Positions 63,368-64,000 of a stretch of DNA of 64,000 bases are shown here, piece by piece. The stretch spans positions 351,849 to 415,848 of the forward strand of contig JACKIC010000007.1 in assembly GCA_020638655.1 (NCBI GenBank), read 5' to 3'. Below the pieces are notes generated by a model that was not told the DNA's origin, did not search any database, and was given only the letters and a program-made list of their open reading frames with translations. Numbering within the stretch: the first letter of the stretch is position 1; each line of letters begins with the position of its first letter. Position numbers and translations under genes: made by a program. Source of the stretch: Planctomycetota bacterium (GTDB lineage: Bacteria > Planctomycetota > UBA1135 > UBA2386).

Positions 63368-64000
63368 TCACCGCCCCGGAGTCGTCGCGGCCTTGCTGGC
63401 CTTGTCGATGCTGCTCGCTTCGTTCACGCTCGCGAGCCACGCCGGCCACTTGGTGGGGTTGTCGCCGGGATCGCTGGCGGCGACCTTGCCGAGGGCGCGG
63501 CGGTAGGCCTGCAGCACCATGCGCACCTCGGAGACGCCGACGACCGTCACGTCGAGCACCGTGCCGCTCGCCAGCACGTCGATCTTCGGATCGGCGATGA
63601 ACGACGCCGAGGCGACCTCGACGTCGAAGTCGCGGATGTAGGCCTGCTGGTTGAGGATCGCGATGTGGCCGCGCACGCCGCCGTTGCCGCCCCCGCCGCC
63701 GGCCACCGCGGTGTTGGCGCTGGGCGCGGCGGCGACCAGCAGCGGCAGGGCGTCGCGGTGGCCGAGGTTGCCGAACGCCTCGGCGGTGCGCACGCGCACC
63801 TCGGCGGCCTGGTGCATCAGGCCCGGCGCGAGGTAGCTGACGACCGCGGCGGCCTGGGTGGTGGGCACGAGCCCGATCGCGCCTTCGCGCACGTCCTTGT
63901 CGCGATCGATGATCGCGGTGCGCCAGACGAAGCGGTCGTTGCCCGCGGCCGGCCGGGCCTGCAGGGCCTCGACGGCGGCTAGCCGCTCGCGGTCGCTGCT
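63368..64000 (-). CDS. HEAT-repeat-like protein, C-terminal portion (5' end outside window)
   Basis: The frame stays open upstream of the Met at 63892 to the window edge. VRVRTAEAFGNLGHRDALPLLV is a HEAT-like repeat. Confidence 0.5.
   Translation of the reverse strand, partial: SSDRERLAAVEALQARPAAGNDRFVWRTAIIDRDKDVREGAIGLVPTTQAAAVVSYLAPGLMHQAAEVRVRTAEAFGNLGHRDALPLLVAAAPSANTAVAGGGGGNGGVRGHIAILNQQAYIRDFDVEVASASFIADPKIDVLASGTVLDVTVVGVSEVRMVLQAYRRALGKVAASDPGDNPTKWPAWLASVNEASSIDKASKAATTPGR

Overview
A 64-kb stretch of a very GC-rich chromosome from a bacterium with an outer membrane (lpxD, a gspD secretin and gmhB are present). I call about 55 protein genes. I saw no rRNA, tRNA, CRISPR array, transposase, integrase or prophage gene by eye. 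Most of the window is core housekeeping: glnN (partial), a gspD-gspE-gspF type II secretion core, lpxD, accA, an ECF sigma/anti-sigma/PDZ operon, rlmN, tig-clpP-clpX, mnmG, ruvA, rpmH, nadD, rsmG, miaA, yidC, radC, ndk, gnd and an RqcH-like gene. Envelope and secreted-protein genes are interspersed among these. The ORF track reports the longest ORFs and renders TTG/GTG starts as M, so many tracks carry false N-terminal extensions or are antisense shadows typical of high-GC DNA. I re-derived starts by codon arithmetic, signal peptides, third-position GC and 4-nt ATGA/GTGA overlaps; starts remain uncertain by tens of codons in places. Best candidates for something undescribed: (1) 42.6-47.6 kb, an envelope-glycan operon where a canonical GtrB-like GT2 is coupled to a second GT2 that has lost both acidic motifs and is fused, through two TM helices, to a FemAB-family domain, with a divergent REC-HisKA-HATPase protein whose two phospho-acceptor sites are both substituted; (2) a secreted TraB/GumN domain fused to the globular domain of the GspG pseudopilin; (3) a TPR protein carrying two RNA polymerase alpha C-terminal domains; (4) several intergenic repeat families (83-bp, about 125-140-bp, 14-bp x5, 12-bp x4), the two larger ones in gaps between convergent genes, plus a 463-bp unassigned gap where rnpA would be expected after rpmH. 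All functions come from motif recognition by eye. No database search, folding or statistics were run.
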